DNA from: Phoronis australis
Taxonomy: Eukaryota > Animalia > Phoronida
Assembly: GCA_002633005.1 (NCBI GenBank)
Contig: NMRA01000597.1
Location: forward strand, 1 to 52,956
DNA length: 52,956 nucleotides
Direction of reading: 5' to 3'
Both the position numbers and the translations under genes were made by a program. Below are positions 36,670 to 48,581 of this stretch, in pieces. The notes beneath the pieces were generated by a model. It was not told the DNA's origin. It saw only the letters and a list, made by a program, of their open reading frames with translations, and ran no database searches. Each line of letters begins with the position of its first letter. Positions within the stretch are counted from its first letter, which is position 1.

Positions 36670-37564
36670 CTGAATTAAAAGTGCAGTGGATTTTATCAAT
36701 AATTACAGCCTTCGCCCTCACAGTCATTCATGCGCTGACTGAAAGTATCACGGCTCTTCCGTTGCATTTCGCGCTGTTTTGCTGGAAAATCGAATTTATT
36801 TTTAGGCCTTTTGCTCTCATGAAATCGGTCACGAGATATTTCATATCATGACAGGATTTTCGTGAACGACAATTCTAAAAACCAAGAGTGTTACCAGTAT
36901 GAAAAATGACACCTGTTATAATGAAACCGTTTGCGTACTAATAGGCTGATTAATTAAATAATTACTAAACAGATTAAGTGAAATTTCAATGATTTTAGGG
37001 TTTAATAGTAACATAAAAAGATAATAAACCAGGGGGCAGCTATATAAATGACAGAAGAGAAATAACTTCAATAAAACAAAAGATAAAAATTTTAGAATAA
37101 GGATCCCTCACAGGGAACACTGAAACACATTTTAATTGTTAAATTACTAAAGAAAGTGAACTCTGGAAAATAAAAATATTCATGACAACAAGGAGACAAT
37201 GTTATTTTGAGCAAGGTAATAATATATGCACGTACACGCACGCGCGCACGCACACACTTAGCTACGCAAATACGAGTAGCTGTTCGACAGTTACGTTGGG
37301 TCTTGACTTTTCGTTTCTAATTGCAGAACACTCAGAAACCAAATGTCACTTTTTTCTGTAAAATTCTGAATCATGATTTTAAAACTCAAGATATACTTTT
37401 GAAAAACTAACATGTAGTTTGATAGGTTGTCGAAAGTGGCTCTCAGACTGGAGCTCAAAAGTTATCAGAGGCCAGGTAGAGACACAGATCACGAGCGGGG
37501 AGTTGGCATTTCATGTCTAGAGTTCTACGCGGAGAGGTAACAAAAATCGAAGTACATGTATGTC

Positions 37565-37620
37565 TAGGCAATTACATCGCCCTGTATGTCGTAGACAACC
37601 GAGGGGCTATGTGTTGCCTA
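37565..37620. mobile_element. 56-bp mini-copy of the TAGGCAA...TTGCCTA family, in the TNFR intron
   Basis: Left half matches 2351-2380 and right half matches 3069-3093; flanks ATGTATGTC / ATCATGTC. Confidence 0.75.
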
Positions 37621-38104
37621 ATCATGTCCAGGTAAAACACGGTTTCATGAGAACCTGTAAGGATTTGGTTAGTACTATCACAATCAGATAATAGAACTGT
37701 CGCACTCAAAAAGTATTAGCACCACACCGGGAATTTCTTCTGAAAATTTCCCATTTCACAGAAGCCGTGTGCAAAATTTTCTTATGGAGCTTTAGCTCTG
37801 CTTGACTTGGAGCGGGCTCACAGGGTTGTTATGGAGACAATCAATCCAGGGTATTTAACGAAGCTGCAGACGTTGTATAATGAGTTATCAAACTCGTTTC
37901 ACAATGTTGAGAGTTAAGTGTTTACATACTGAGCATTATTTCGTTTTCGAGATTTGGGAGACCAAACCGTTGGCGTAATATCTGATAACAGGCTCCGTAA
38001 AACAGGATTTAGTATCGAGTCGACAACCATTGCCATTGTCTTCGCCGTCATTGTCATAGTCGGCAATGGCAGCAATAGCATTAGCAATATGCATGTAGGC
38101 CTAC

Positions 38105-38438
38105 CTTGCTTGAAAACACCAAAACCAATCGGGCACTTTCTCTGAACGCGACATTCTTGAAATGACTTGTCATTATCATGATAATAGCCCTCTTTGCACT
38201 GACATAATGCGTTTCTTGTCGACGTACAGTTTAAAACAGTGGTCATGAAAGATGTGGAACATGACGAGCAAGGAACGCACCAATTTACTCTGTTCCAAAA
38301 CGGCATGAACGTGTTCTCCTTACATGGCAGACATACTGTGTCGAAATACTTCGAGCAGTGAATCATGCGATAGTGTCCTGGTGGACACAGGGAGCAGTTT
38401 AAACCTCCGCGTCTGTAGAACATAACGGTTGCCGGCTT
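38105..38438 (-). CDS. TNF receptor superfamily exon (CRD1, CRD2, start of CRD3)
   Basis: TTTTGATTTCCAG acceptor, AAG|GTAGGC donor in phase 1. CSLCPPGHY..HC....TVCLPC..NTF..WN....CVPCSSC....NCTSTRNALCQCKEGYY.....C....CPIGFGV. Confidence 0.92.
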
Positions 38439-39483
38439 CTGGAAATCAAAACCATTCAGTTAATGCCGTATTCGCTGTCTTCACTGTAAGTCACAAATAC
38501 CATGCAACGCAAATTTTTTATCGGAGTGTAGATATAGTCCGCCAATTGTCTACCGGGCATTAATTCACCTGGTGTGTACACCAACGCACGTCTCCGCTAT
38601 TTCAATCAGCCACCATGAGTCAATTGGAGTACTTTCATAGGCATAAAATCAAGTACATTTGTGTGTAAAAATTTCTTTTTTAGGCCATAATGTTCTCGAG
38701 GAATAGGCCTACTAGTCGTTGATTAGTCGGTCTCCCACAAAAGGTCAACCATGCAGCTGAGACGTCTGATTGATTTGTAAGCCGAAGTGGTCGCAGGCTT
38801 GCGTTCAGTAACGCTAGGACCTAGCTAAAATGTAGCCAAGGAAGTCACGTGTTCTCATTAAAAATGCACGGCAATATCTCACGTAATCTCACGAAGCCTT
38901 GGTTTTTAGCGAGGTCTTAGCGTTACTGAACGGGAGCAGTCGGCTGAAAGTGTGGAGTGAATCACTAAGTGCAAATTCTCAACTTATTTTCCACAAAAAT
39001 AATTGTCAAACTTGCCATTTTTCGATGGCTGATTATACCTTACTGCAAATAAAGAAAAAGTTCTCGAAAGTTGGTTTATGACATCTACACGGTAGATCTT
39101 CAAAAGAAATTTAACAAAATACAATTGTACTTGTCGGATATAGTGTGTTCTAAAGTGAAGAATTTCCAACTAGTATGCTTAGAATCTGAAATTAAATGCT
39201 TTAAGTCGCAGTGAAATACACTAACACCAACGAACCTTTCTGAGGTTAAACACTCCACCTTGGATGATGTACCAAAACTCACAAGTCAGCACGAGCGCAG
39301 ATATCTTCAAGAGCCCCATTCATACGCCACAAGTTACTGGGCAAATAGCTTGAAAAAACATTCCAAAGTCATATTACATCATGAAAGAGCTTTGGGATCC
39401 CAATGGACACCACGACTCATTTGAAAGGCATATATGACATATGTATTACCATGCACGAATTAGCAACTTCAGCACTCACTAAA

Positions 39484-39590
39484 CATGCGTGCAACCAGCC
39501 TAAAAATGAGGGGGGGGGGCTCAAAATTTTGAAAATGTGGACGTTTTACGATAAAAACAAAAAAAAATTCACAGCTATATGAATTGAGAA
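39484..39590. mobile_element. MITE family A partial copy
   Basis: CATGCGTGCAACCAGCCTAAAAATGAGGGG...AAAATGTGGAC is the reverse complement of the family right end. Confidence 0.6.
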
Positions 39591-40106
39591 ATGTTAAAGT
39601 CGTCTGGAATCCAAGCATTGTGTTTGAAAGCTGAACTCTTTAGTTATAAAATGACACCACTTTGGTCCCCAAAAACTAAACTGCATATTAATGGCACTAG
39701 GATGCTTTGAACATGACATGTTTACCCTTCCAAAAGATGTCTTTTCCCAGGCGTGTACTCGGGCATGATCCTCCTTTTTGAACCAACAGATGTCACTAAT
39801 ATATGCAAATGAGGCTCGCATCTCCTACGTCATATGACGTCATACGACGCGACGCAGTTCTACTTGACTGGGCAGATCTAAGAAAATTAAGTACTCACAC
39901 AAGTCAATGTTCAAAGAACATTGAATGGTTTCACAAGAAAATACACTTAATTGTATTTGGATACGCTTTCATGTGTGTATGCGTGGACTTCGTCATTTTG
40001 CTTAAATCCACATTTAGAAGCAGGTGTTAGTCAAGAAATTAGCTGCTCCCGCCACGGTGGCCGGTCGAGTGTCGCACGGTGGCGTCGCCGGGAAGTCTGA
40101 TCCATG

Positions 40107-40262
40107 CATGCGCAATTCGACGCCTTGCTAGTCGCTGGTCAGCTCTGCTATGATTCATGCGCAATTCGACGAACTAATACTAGTCGCTGGTCAACTCTGC
40201 TATGATTCATGCGCAATTCGACGAACTAAGGCTAGTCGCTGGTCAGCTCCGCTATGATTCAT
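40107..40262. repeat. Tandem repeat, 3 x ~52 bp
   Basis: Unit CATGCGCAATTCGACGAACTAA..CTAGTCGCTGGTCAGCTCTGCTATGATT. Confidence 0.9.
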
Positions 40263-41269
40263 TTGAGACGTGCGGCTTAACTCGAACCTATACCCGTGTT
40301 CTGGCTCCAAGGTCGTTTTTTTTTACCCAGTTTCGGGACTAAAAGTTCATTTTGTAATACGGTCATTTCCTGCAAATTTTTTTTTGAAAGGTATGATCCC
40401 GAAATCCTTGGCCTATAGAGCTGAGTCAAAATTCCTTGTTGAAACACGGCCATGACTGGTCCAGTTTCTGCCGGGCTGCTGGGGAAAATGAACGTGTGTC
40501 CCAAAAATGCACTTCAACCCCTGCAGCTCAAGTTCTTTTCCCGTCAACCACTGTGCGCGGATTCTATGCGGGCAGTCTACTGCATGACTACACCTTATTT
40601 TTAACGTGGGTGCGTCACTGAGTTACGACGTGTCCAGCCTTTTGCAGTATGCACGGGAATAGCAAACAAACGATTCGGCTTAGAAGAACCTAAATTCATA
40701 TTGCACAATACTACTGGGAACTACAAGCATCAAGGAAGTGCTAAGACAATCTTTCCAAATTTATCATGTGAGCAATGACTTGGACTTCTTTTTCGATCTA
40801 CGGTTTTTTAATTTTTGAATTTCATTAGTCTAGTTTTTAATTCAATAAAGCATTTAGAGCTGCCCGACATTCATGAATATCACTGTTATCGTTTAGTGTC
40901 CTTCTTTGCGATATGGTGGTCTGATGATACGGATAGAATTTTCGCAAGTCAGCCTTCAGCCTTCAACTAACAGTGACACATGGCCATTTCTCACAAGACA
41001 GCTTCTGTGCTGTGCACGAATGTTTTGTGTTTTTGATGAATTTGTAATCTCAACTTCCCCTCGTGAGTAGTTGGCAGTGTCATGTCGGAGGTGAATAGAG
41101 GGCGCAGCACTGAAAGTGGGGGATAAAGCCCCCTCAGCCCCCGTGCAGTGCACCGCCTATAGACCACTGAAAAACTTGGACTGAATTAATACGCTCCTCA
41201 AAATTTTTGCTTTATAAATTTTCTCGAATTTTCGAAATACATGTATGAATGATTAAGTGCACATTTTCA

Positions 41270-42360
41270 AGGGCGTTTAGACGACCTATGCTGCAAAAAC
41301 GTAAACCTAACAACAATTGCCCTGGCCAGGGCCCTCAAATGGTAAACCATACGCTGATACCGAGTTGTCAATGTTTTCCTGAATTTTCTCTCTGATCCGT
41401 ATTCGAAGTCTTTCTTTTTTGTCTTTCCCCAACCCCACACCTTTGTCGGTTGCCACGGTTTGACCCTGAGGCATGCAATTTTTTGGGGTGGCACGCGCCC
41501 ACCCCCCGCTTACTAAGGTCCTGATGCAAGGAGTCCATCGCTGGTCCAAGGTTGTATAGCTTGAGCAAAAGGTTTAAGAAATACAGGCGCAGTTTTGCGT
41601 ATTTAATTGTGTGTGTAAAAGGGTTTATGAATTCGTACATGGGCCTGTACCCGGCACTGACCACAAATGTGGACACTAATTCGGCTATTGCGCAAGTCGA
41701 CTGTAGCAAGGTGGCCAGTGAAAATGTAAGGCAGCACCAGGCCAGTGGGCGTGTGTGACAACTTGGATTTCTAGTCTCTTATTATGAAAACCATTGAAGG
41801 CAATTACCAGCTCCTGCAAACAAGAATTTTGAAGTATGGATAATTTCAGCAGGAGTTAGCTGTAGACTTAGTCGCGAAGCTGCCAACATTCCAGCCACGG
41901 TTACTGCCGTTCCTTCGAAGCAATTAGCACACATATAAGAATTTTTAAGAATGGTAAGGGTGCGTTTTGTGTTGACGGAAATGTCCATGGTGTCGAGGAA
42001 TTTGAGGCATTTAATGATGAACAACTGTTGTGGCTTAATTTGGGAGAACACCTAACTAACTTCCAAGTATGCATACTGTGGCGGAATTAAAAAATACGAT
42101 TATGGTAGTGCTAATTGTAGCAGAGCGCCCACAAAGTGTGCTAAAATGGTAGAAAATTAGGCATAACATTTCTGTAGCAGATAAAAGGTTGATTGGCACT
42201 GAAGACTGATGTCTTCAATACTCAGAAAAAATTTGGGCAGGCAAGAGACTTGCCAAGAAAACGGCACAGTTGAGTCCGGGCACTCTAAAGGAAAGAACTG
42301 CAGCCAATTCCAATTATTCGGTGCAACTTCTCTCACCCGACGGCGTTGTTTCACGATACC
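41270..42360 (-). pseudogene. Decayed malic enzyme-like pseudogene
   Basis: Fragments in the expected order: KQRRRVRE; IEDIS....TFYLLQK; GTAVTVAGMLAASRL...KFLFAGAG (41912-41808, AG/GT-bounded); STCAIAELV; SDGLLASG; AYGLPF..PGQGN...VYVF. Stops and large deletions present. Confidence 0.7.
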
Positions 42361-44117
42361 GCAACCTCAAACAACGTCAAAGAAACGAAACGCGGAGGGT
42401 GACATAGTACAGAGTATTAATATTTATTCTTGGATACAGGTGTCCACTTCAAAATGAATTTCCCACGGTCATTCTTTATGCTGATAGCAATGTTTTCGTC
42501 AACTGAAGAAGAGCAGGAATCATAGACATCCCGCGCGCTCTGTCTGTGGTTGTGACACTTCAAACTTTGTCAACACGATAGGTAGCCGCGCAGAACGTTC
42601 GATGTTGACCTCATTCTAATCTTCTCTGCAATCCACTGTCAGGGGACGAAAACAATTCAAAGTCCGCCCCTCGAAATAGGGCTTGCTTAGCTGGAATTCA
42701 GAACTGCTGCCATCAGATTGTTTTCACCTCCTGATTGCGAAGCGATCGAGTGTTAGCTGTGGTATCTTCATCAGCGCGTGCTCTCAGCGGGACTGTCAGC
42801 GCTTTATCCACCAGCGCTCGACCAACAACTGACGAGTCTCATAACTCCCATATGCAAATTTGATATGCAAATAAGGGAGTACTTGACTACTGCGCCATCT
42901 ATACATCGACGGAAAAGCTTTTAAAAATACCCGTGGCTGCGTGTGGGAAGTTACGATTGCGTGCGCTGAAGTCTATATTTTCGTAGTACAATTACACCAC
43001 TGTTTAAGGTTGCAAAATGAGTTTTTTGATATCATTCTATAGAAAAAGCTTTATTCTCTCTGATGAAATCATCTGTTTCCTTTTAAACGAAACTTAAAGC
43101 CTGAAATTAGTCCGGGGAAGGAGGCCAAAAACGGCGGTTTAGCTAGTTGTCCCTTCCTGGTTATCTCTTCCTGGTACAAGTCATGACTGGAGATCAGTCG
43201 TTTTGGCAAAAGGTGTCCGGCTTCGCAGCCGGTGTACTCTGAACATGTGAAGTGCTTGTTGGGTTTGGAAAGGGTCAGCGTGAACTTGACAGTTCACTGC
43301 CTATAGCTCGAGACCCTGCGTGGCGAAGGAAACCGTGGCCGTCCGTCCGTCGGCCGGTGTAGCCAACGTCTACAGTGTAGTCTCGTGCAACCAGAGACAG
43401 AACTGCCAGTTTTCCCATGCCCACTAAAAATCCCTTCTTGACGTAGCAACTTTGAGATCGCTCTTTCATGACAGTAACTAAACAAATTTGGGACAGCGAA
43501 CCGGTTTTAACCAGCAAGGCATAATGATTTGCTGTGTCCGTTGTATGGAACATGCAGATTCATTGTTTGAACCATGAATGCATTTATTGACTATGAACGA
43601 GTTGTATTTATCACGAAAACAAAAGAAAACGGTAAAAACCCGTGACGGGGAAATTACATTATGAGGTATGTGATCATAAAAAAGCAGTGCAGGTGGTCTG
43701 ATGTCATTTGCGGTGCATCAGACGTGCGCAGGCCTCATGGTTGGGCCCATTGCACAAAACACCTGGCCCAGATCACCTGTGATCATAGGACGTGACACAT
43801 AAGCTATTGAAAGTGGTTCTTCGAATAATTGCCACGAAAATGAAACCACCAAGTGGACTAAGTGAAAAGTCACATCTATAATCAAACAACAACCCAGTAA
43901 CGTAACCTTGCATTACCAAGAACAAGTTCTCATTTTCTAAAAAATTCGATTGATTCCTGCGATGTACAAAGAAATATGACGGAGTCAGTTGTGGTGTTGC
44001 TGCGACAATGATACCTTACCACTAAAACGCGGATGTTAAAATAAGTGCTTGTCACAGCCAGAATGGGCCATTGTCGCAAATGCTAACTTAAAATTATAGA
44101 AAAATTCAAACACTTAC

Positions 44118-44198
44118 CAGTTCATAAAGATAAAAGAACACTTCTGATATGTAGCGCAGGCGGGTCTGGTACTTATAAGAGGGTAAGGGAAAAACCAT
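44118..44198 (-). CDS. Possible first exon of the TNFR gene (MVFPLPSY...FYLYEL)
   Basis: ATG, open frame and a strong CTG|GTAAGT donor in phase 0, compatible with the 38438 acceptor; no convincing signal peptide. Confidence 0.25.
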
Positions 44199-47100
44199 AA
44201 AAGACAATAGACTATTCACCCCTCAGGACAAAGGCGGCGATCGATCTGTTCTTAACAGACTTCAGAACGGTGCAACACCTTAGTGCGGGGAGATGGATAA
44301 CTTTGTTGCGTCAGCAGTGCATGCAGTACGCCTGCATTTTTCTCACTTTCTAAGTTCAGTTTTCATGAGTTTACATGCAGGCGGGCAATATAAGTCAGTA
44401 TGTCGAACATATTTTTGCCTTCGATGAGACCGAGCATCAGTATCGAGGCTGTTTTCGAAGCCTCAACTCTGATTTTAAATACAGCCATGTGTTGGGCGTG
44501 TGTAAGCAATTACTAATACTGCATAATAGCAAAGTAAAAAGTATGTTCATGGAATTTCGCTTGATCGCCAAAACAGAGCTGTACACCGTTGTCGTCTGGA
44601 ATACGGACTAAACGGGAGTTAGTTGCAATGTTTCTTCTATTCTGTCGAAAACACATCGAAAGCGCTACACAGAAACCTGATGCTCAGTCACATATTTTTG
44701 ACCCGTTCACTTGTACTGAAAAGTGAAGCCAGGTTCCGAAAAATGGTGGCAAAAACGCAAAATTGACAGTTTTAAGCTCCAAACCACCACTTCAATGCTA
44801 GACATAAAGCTAACACCAGATTCTGAAAAAAAATCTTGCAAACTGCAAAAAATTGGTCCATAAAACTAGATGTTTTGCAAAGCTGGCTTGTTTGAGGGCT
44901 ACCTGAAATTACAACAGATTTCTCAGTCGCTACTCAGAAATGCAACAATGCTGGGGGTCACAACTTTAAAGAAAAGCGTACCTACAGTTGAGCTAGAGGA
45001 CTTTTCTGATTCCCAACATGTTCACAAATAGAAGTAAACCGGATTCATTGAACCTTCCTAATGCCCACCTCCAAACAATTTTGGTCGACGCCAGCCTAAC
45101 TGTACAGTGCCACCAAAGCAGTCAAAATATTCTAGAGGCTTTCTGCTTTCACAAAATATATACTTTCATTAATTTGAAGGGACATTTTCAGGGAGAACAG
45201 TAATTTAACATAAATTAGCAGTGTCTCGGGTTCCAACACATTTTCCGACGATTAGAGAATTGTAATAATTAAAGATCACATAACACAACGGACTTTGATG
45301 TTTTATACCCTGATTAAACTTCACGAAATCTCTCCCAGCCCAACAACAATTCCCAAAACGCGTCTCAGCTCTTTTCTCATGGGCGGCGCAGCACTGAAGA
45401 AAGGGGGTTCTAGACCCCCCAGCCCCCATGTTGGCTTCCGTATCCGCCAAACCACGTTTACATTGACCAGGTACAAGAATATCCAGCTCAGAAAAAGTTG
45501 GTTTACGATAAACGTTAATCACAATAGAATTGTCCTCTAATCGTGAAACCCAAACACATCAACAAAAGGAAGGTTAGCATTGGTGTAGTATTCAGAGGGT
45601 AATTTGATGTTGGAGTGAATACGATCTGTACAATAAGTGGGATAATCTTGAACCTACTCTGAGTTAAAACGCAGTGTGCAGAAATGCCCCCTGCAATAAG
45701 CGTGGCGTGTGCTCCGATGGCCGTTTAGTGGACAAGGAATTAAAAAAATTTGCCAATAGTTATCTCTCTATTATTTTCTTGATTCTTGTTCAGAATACTT
45801 TATCTAATTTGTACTCTCCTGTGAATAACAAGGCAGAGTATGACCAAAACAGACACACCACAGGCCAATCCAGTTACAGTCTCGAACGGCACTAAATACA
45901 CCGCCTTGCTAACAAAGTCGCGCAAGCCAATTAAGTCATCTGCGTTTTCGATACTATACGTCTGCGCTTTCAAGACTGACAAACTTTCCATCGAACTGTC
46001 CTTACTCGGATAATAGCAATGTACTGAGATACCGTAGAGTTGACGGATCTGACTGCAATGAATTGTATGTGGAGGTGCGGACTATACGCCGACTCCAACA
46101 CCAACGCATTGAAGAGCACAAGACCCACGAGATGCACCCACCGTGACATTTATTTTCTTAACATCCGAATATTATTTAGCGAAAATAGACCCCATACCCT
46201 GGGCATTAAAGAACATGCCCGTACCCAGCACGGGGGTACAGTGGGGCCGGTGGTTCAACGCTGATGGATGCACATCTCGACTGGGGCCGGCTTTCTTGCT
46301 CCAATTAAATACTATACTAACGTTGAGTGCGAAGTCGGCACACTGTCGAATAAAATTTAGTAAGCCGCATTGGAATTAGACAGTGCCAGACCACCATCTC
46401 TAGCTCAGTAGCGCCCCAACGGCCGCGCGCCGGCAGCTTTTCGGCGAATTATGCCTCACGCTGATCAAGCCATCAAAGTCATATTGCTATAGGTATCTTT
46501 TGCGCATAGAGACACCTCAGTAGGTCGTCGATGTCTTGACTTCCTTCTAACTCGAACAAACGACCAGTGCTTGTTCAGTTGCCCAAATCAGCAACTGGCC
46601 ATGTTTACACAGCGAACGCTCCTACTTACCCCGCCCACTAGTACATTCCTCTGACACTCTTGTGTTATTTTGACAATTTGGGCCTGTACTATAGTACTAA
46701 AGACCTCTGAGTCGGGTTCACAACATCTGAAAACTTATCATACAGTTACCTCAAGGATAAAAATTCACTGAGAATAAAGTTTAATCCAACTTCTGGTTAA
46801 TCAAATAAATTGCACAACTTATTACTTAACTGTGTAAAAACTTTTGTTGGCAATAATCAAATGGAAGCGCAAGACAAAATTTCTCATTTTTACAATTTTA
46901 GGTTCGAAAAACGTGTTTTCGAATTTTACTGACCAAACTGAAATTTGTAGTCTGAGTTTTGTGATTTAATTACAAATTCATAGTCACTTTTTGGATTGAT
47001 TGTCTCCCATACAATCGCTGAAATCAAGGGCAGTGTTGTTATCATTTATGCTTGAAATCTTGACTCAGCAGCTGAGTATTCCCCTGCTATACTGCGACGC

Positions 47101-47431
47101 CAGTGGCGGGTTCGATTCTATGCTAAGTGACTTTAGTCAAAAAACAGACCCCTGAATAGACTTGCTGTGCATGATTGCTGTTCATTTAAATGAAAATGCA
47201 CACATATTAATAAAAATGATTAAAAAAGATATTTTTAAATATGTTAAAAAACATATATTGCATATGAAGCACACATGCTGCCCCTTTGAGAAGAAACCAG
47301 GACTGTATTCCATAGACACAAGAAAGTTGTAGAAACGAAAGTGGTGAACTATTTGCGAGTCTTACATCTATTGAAGACAGCCTTGTATGTCCATGCACAA
47401 AAACTAGATATGCAGGACTTAACAAAATAAG

Positions 47432-47638
47432 GCAAACATTTTTAAGTCTGGTCAGCACGCCACCTGTGGCAACATAACATGACCTATTGAATATAAGTCT
47501 GAAGATTTCTGCCCCAACCGGGACTCGAACCCGGAATCTTCTGCACGTAAGCAGGAGTTCCCATTGGACCAAAATCTTTTCATGAGGTCACCTGACATGG
47601 CCACAGGTGGTGTGCAGACCAGACTTAGAAATATTTGC
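47432..47638 (-). mobile_element. tRNA-derived (Val-like) pseudo-tRNA core (~47510-47571) enclosed by 39-bp inverted repeats
   Basis: Minus strand has A-box-like TGGTCCAATGG, arm CTGC-TTACGT-GCAG and B box GGTTCGAGTCC, but no intact acceptor stem. Arms at 47432-47470 and 47600-47638. Confidence 0.7.
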
Positions 47639-47936
47639 GACACACGATTCCACACCAGTTTGAGATTTATATATTTATAATTCACTTTAACTAAATTACC
47701 TCTTATGACACCGGTTTATCACTTTATTTTGAAAAGTATTGACCATGCTTGCATTGTCTAAGACGACTGTTTTCAACATTTGTAGTAAACAATTCCTTTA
47801 GCGGCACCCATGTACCTTTTCAGCTACTGAAGTATTGTTTCACTTCTCAGTGACAGGTACATGAGAAACTGTGTGTCTATTAGAGTATAGCCTGCAAGGT
47901 CATTGCAATATCAAGTCATGCTTCCATTGACCATCC

Positions 47937-48158
47937 CATGCGCGCACCCAGGTTGGGCTCGGGGGGCCCCCATTTGGCGAAATAGGCAAAAAGGTTCGCC
48001 CCTGAGAGTTAAAAAGTCTGACAAAATGGAACAAAAGTCCCTAAATAAGCGCAAATACGCAATTCGTAGTGGTACACCCGTTTTTTTTTGTTAGCAAAAA
48101 GTCCACAACGTCAGAAATTTGAGCCCCCCATGGTGAAGGCTGGGCTGGGTGCCTAATG
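47937..48158. mobile_element. MITE family A copy just downstream of the IPK-like stop codon
   Basis: CATGCGCGCACCCAG...CTGGGTGCCTAATG. Confidence 0.75.
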
Positions 48159-48239
48159 ACATCATGTAACAATCAAAGTGATCTTGTGAATGAAATGAAA
48201 AATCTATAACCCAACTCCATCAAAATAAGCCATCTCTGT

Positions 48240-48581
48240 CTATGCTGTCCACAACTTGATTAAAGTTCCCTCTAAATTCTCCAAATTTTCATCTATACAC
48301 GACTTGTAAGCTGCATCAGACCTAATTTGACACACAAAGACTTCTGTCCTTCCCTTGGTTGCCGTGACAATATCTACAGCAGTGTCTACTTTCAGTGCGA
48401 TTCCTCCAGTAACATCGTGCTGATTACAACTAGACGATATGTTACAACTAACAGAGCCCTCTGGTGTGACTTGAATCTTGGGTATCAGTTTGGACTCGGA
48501 GTGACCCGGAGGGTGGGTCAAAACACCAGCAACATCGGTCAGAAAGACGACACGAGATACAGTCACTTTCTCGCACAGAAC
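48240..48581 (-). CDS. IPK: Isopentenyl phosphate kinase-like (amino acid kinase family), terminal exon
   Basis: CCTTACAG acceptor, phase 0; RVVFLTDVAGVLTHPP...HDVTGGIALKV...GTLI motifs; TAA stop. Confidence 0.85.
   Translation of the reverse strand, partial: VLCEKVTVSRVVFLTDVAGVLTHPPGHSESKLIPKIQVTPEGSVSCNISSSCNQHDVTGGIALKVDTAVDIVTATKGRTEVFVCQIRSDAAYKSCIDENLENLEGTLIKLWTA

Noticed and set aside
37914-38104. Hydrophobic tail of the TNFR ORF (CILLMLLLPLPTMTMT) as a transmembrane segment
   Set aside because: It follows a donor that splices in frame to the next CRD exon and comes from a degenerate trinucleotide repeat in the intron.
40107-40262. CRISPR-like repeat array
   Set aside because: The units are contiguous near-identical tandem copies with no unique spacers and no cas genes, in eukaryotic DNA.
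47510-47580. Functional tRNA-Val gene
   Set aside because: The acceptor stem does not pair, the D arm is eroded and the anticodon loop is 6 nt.
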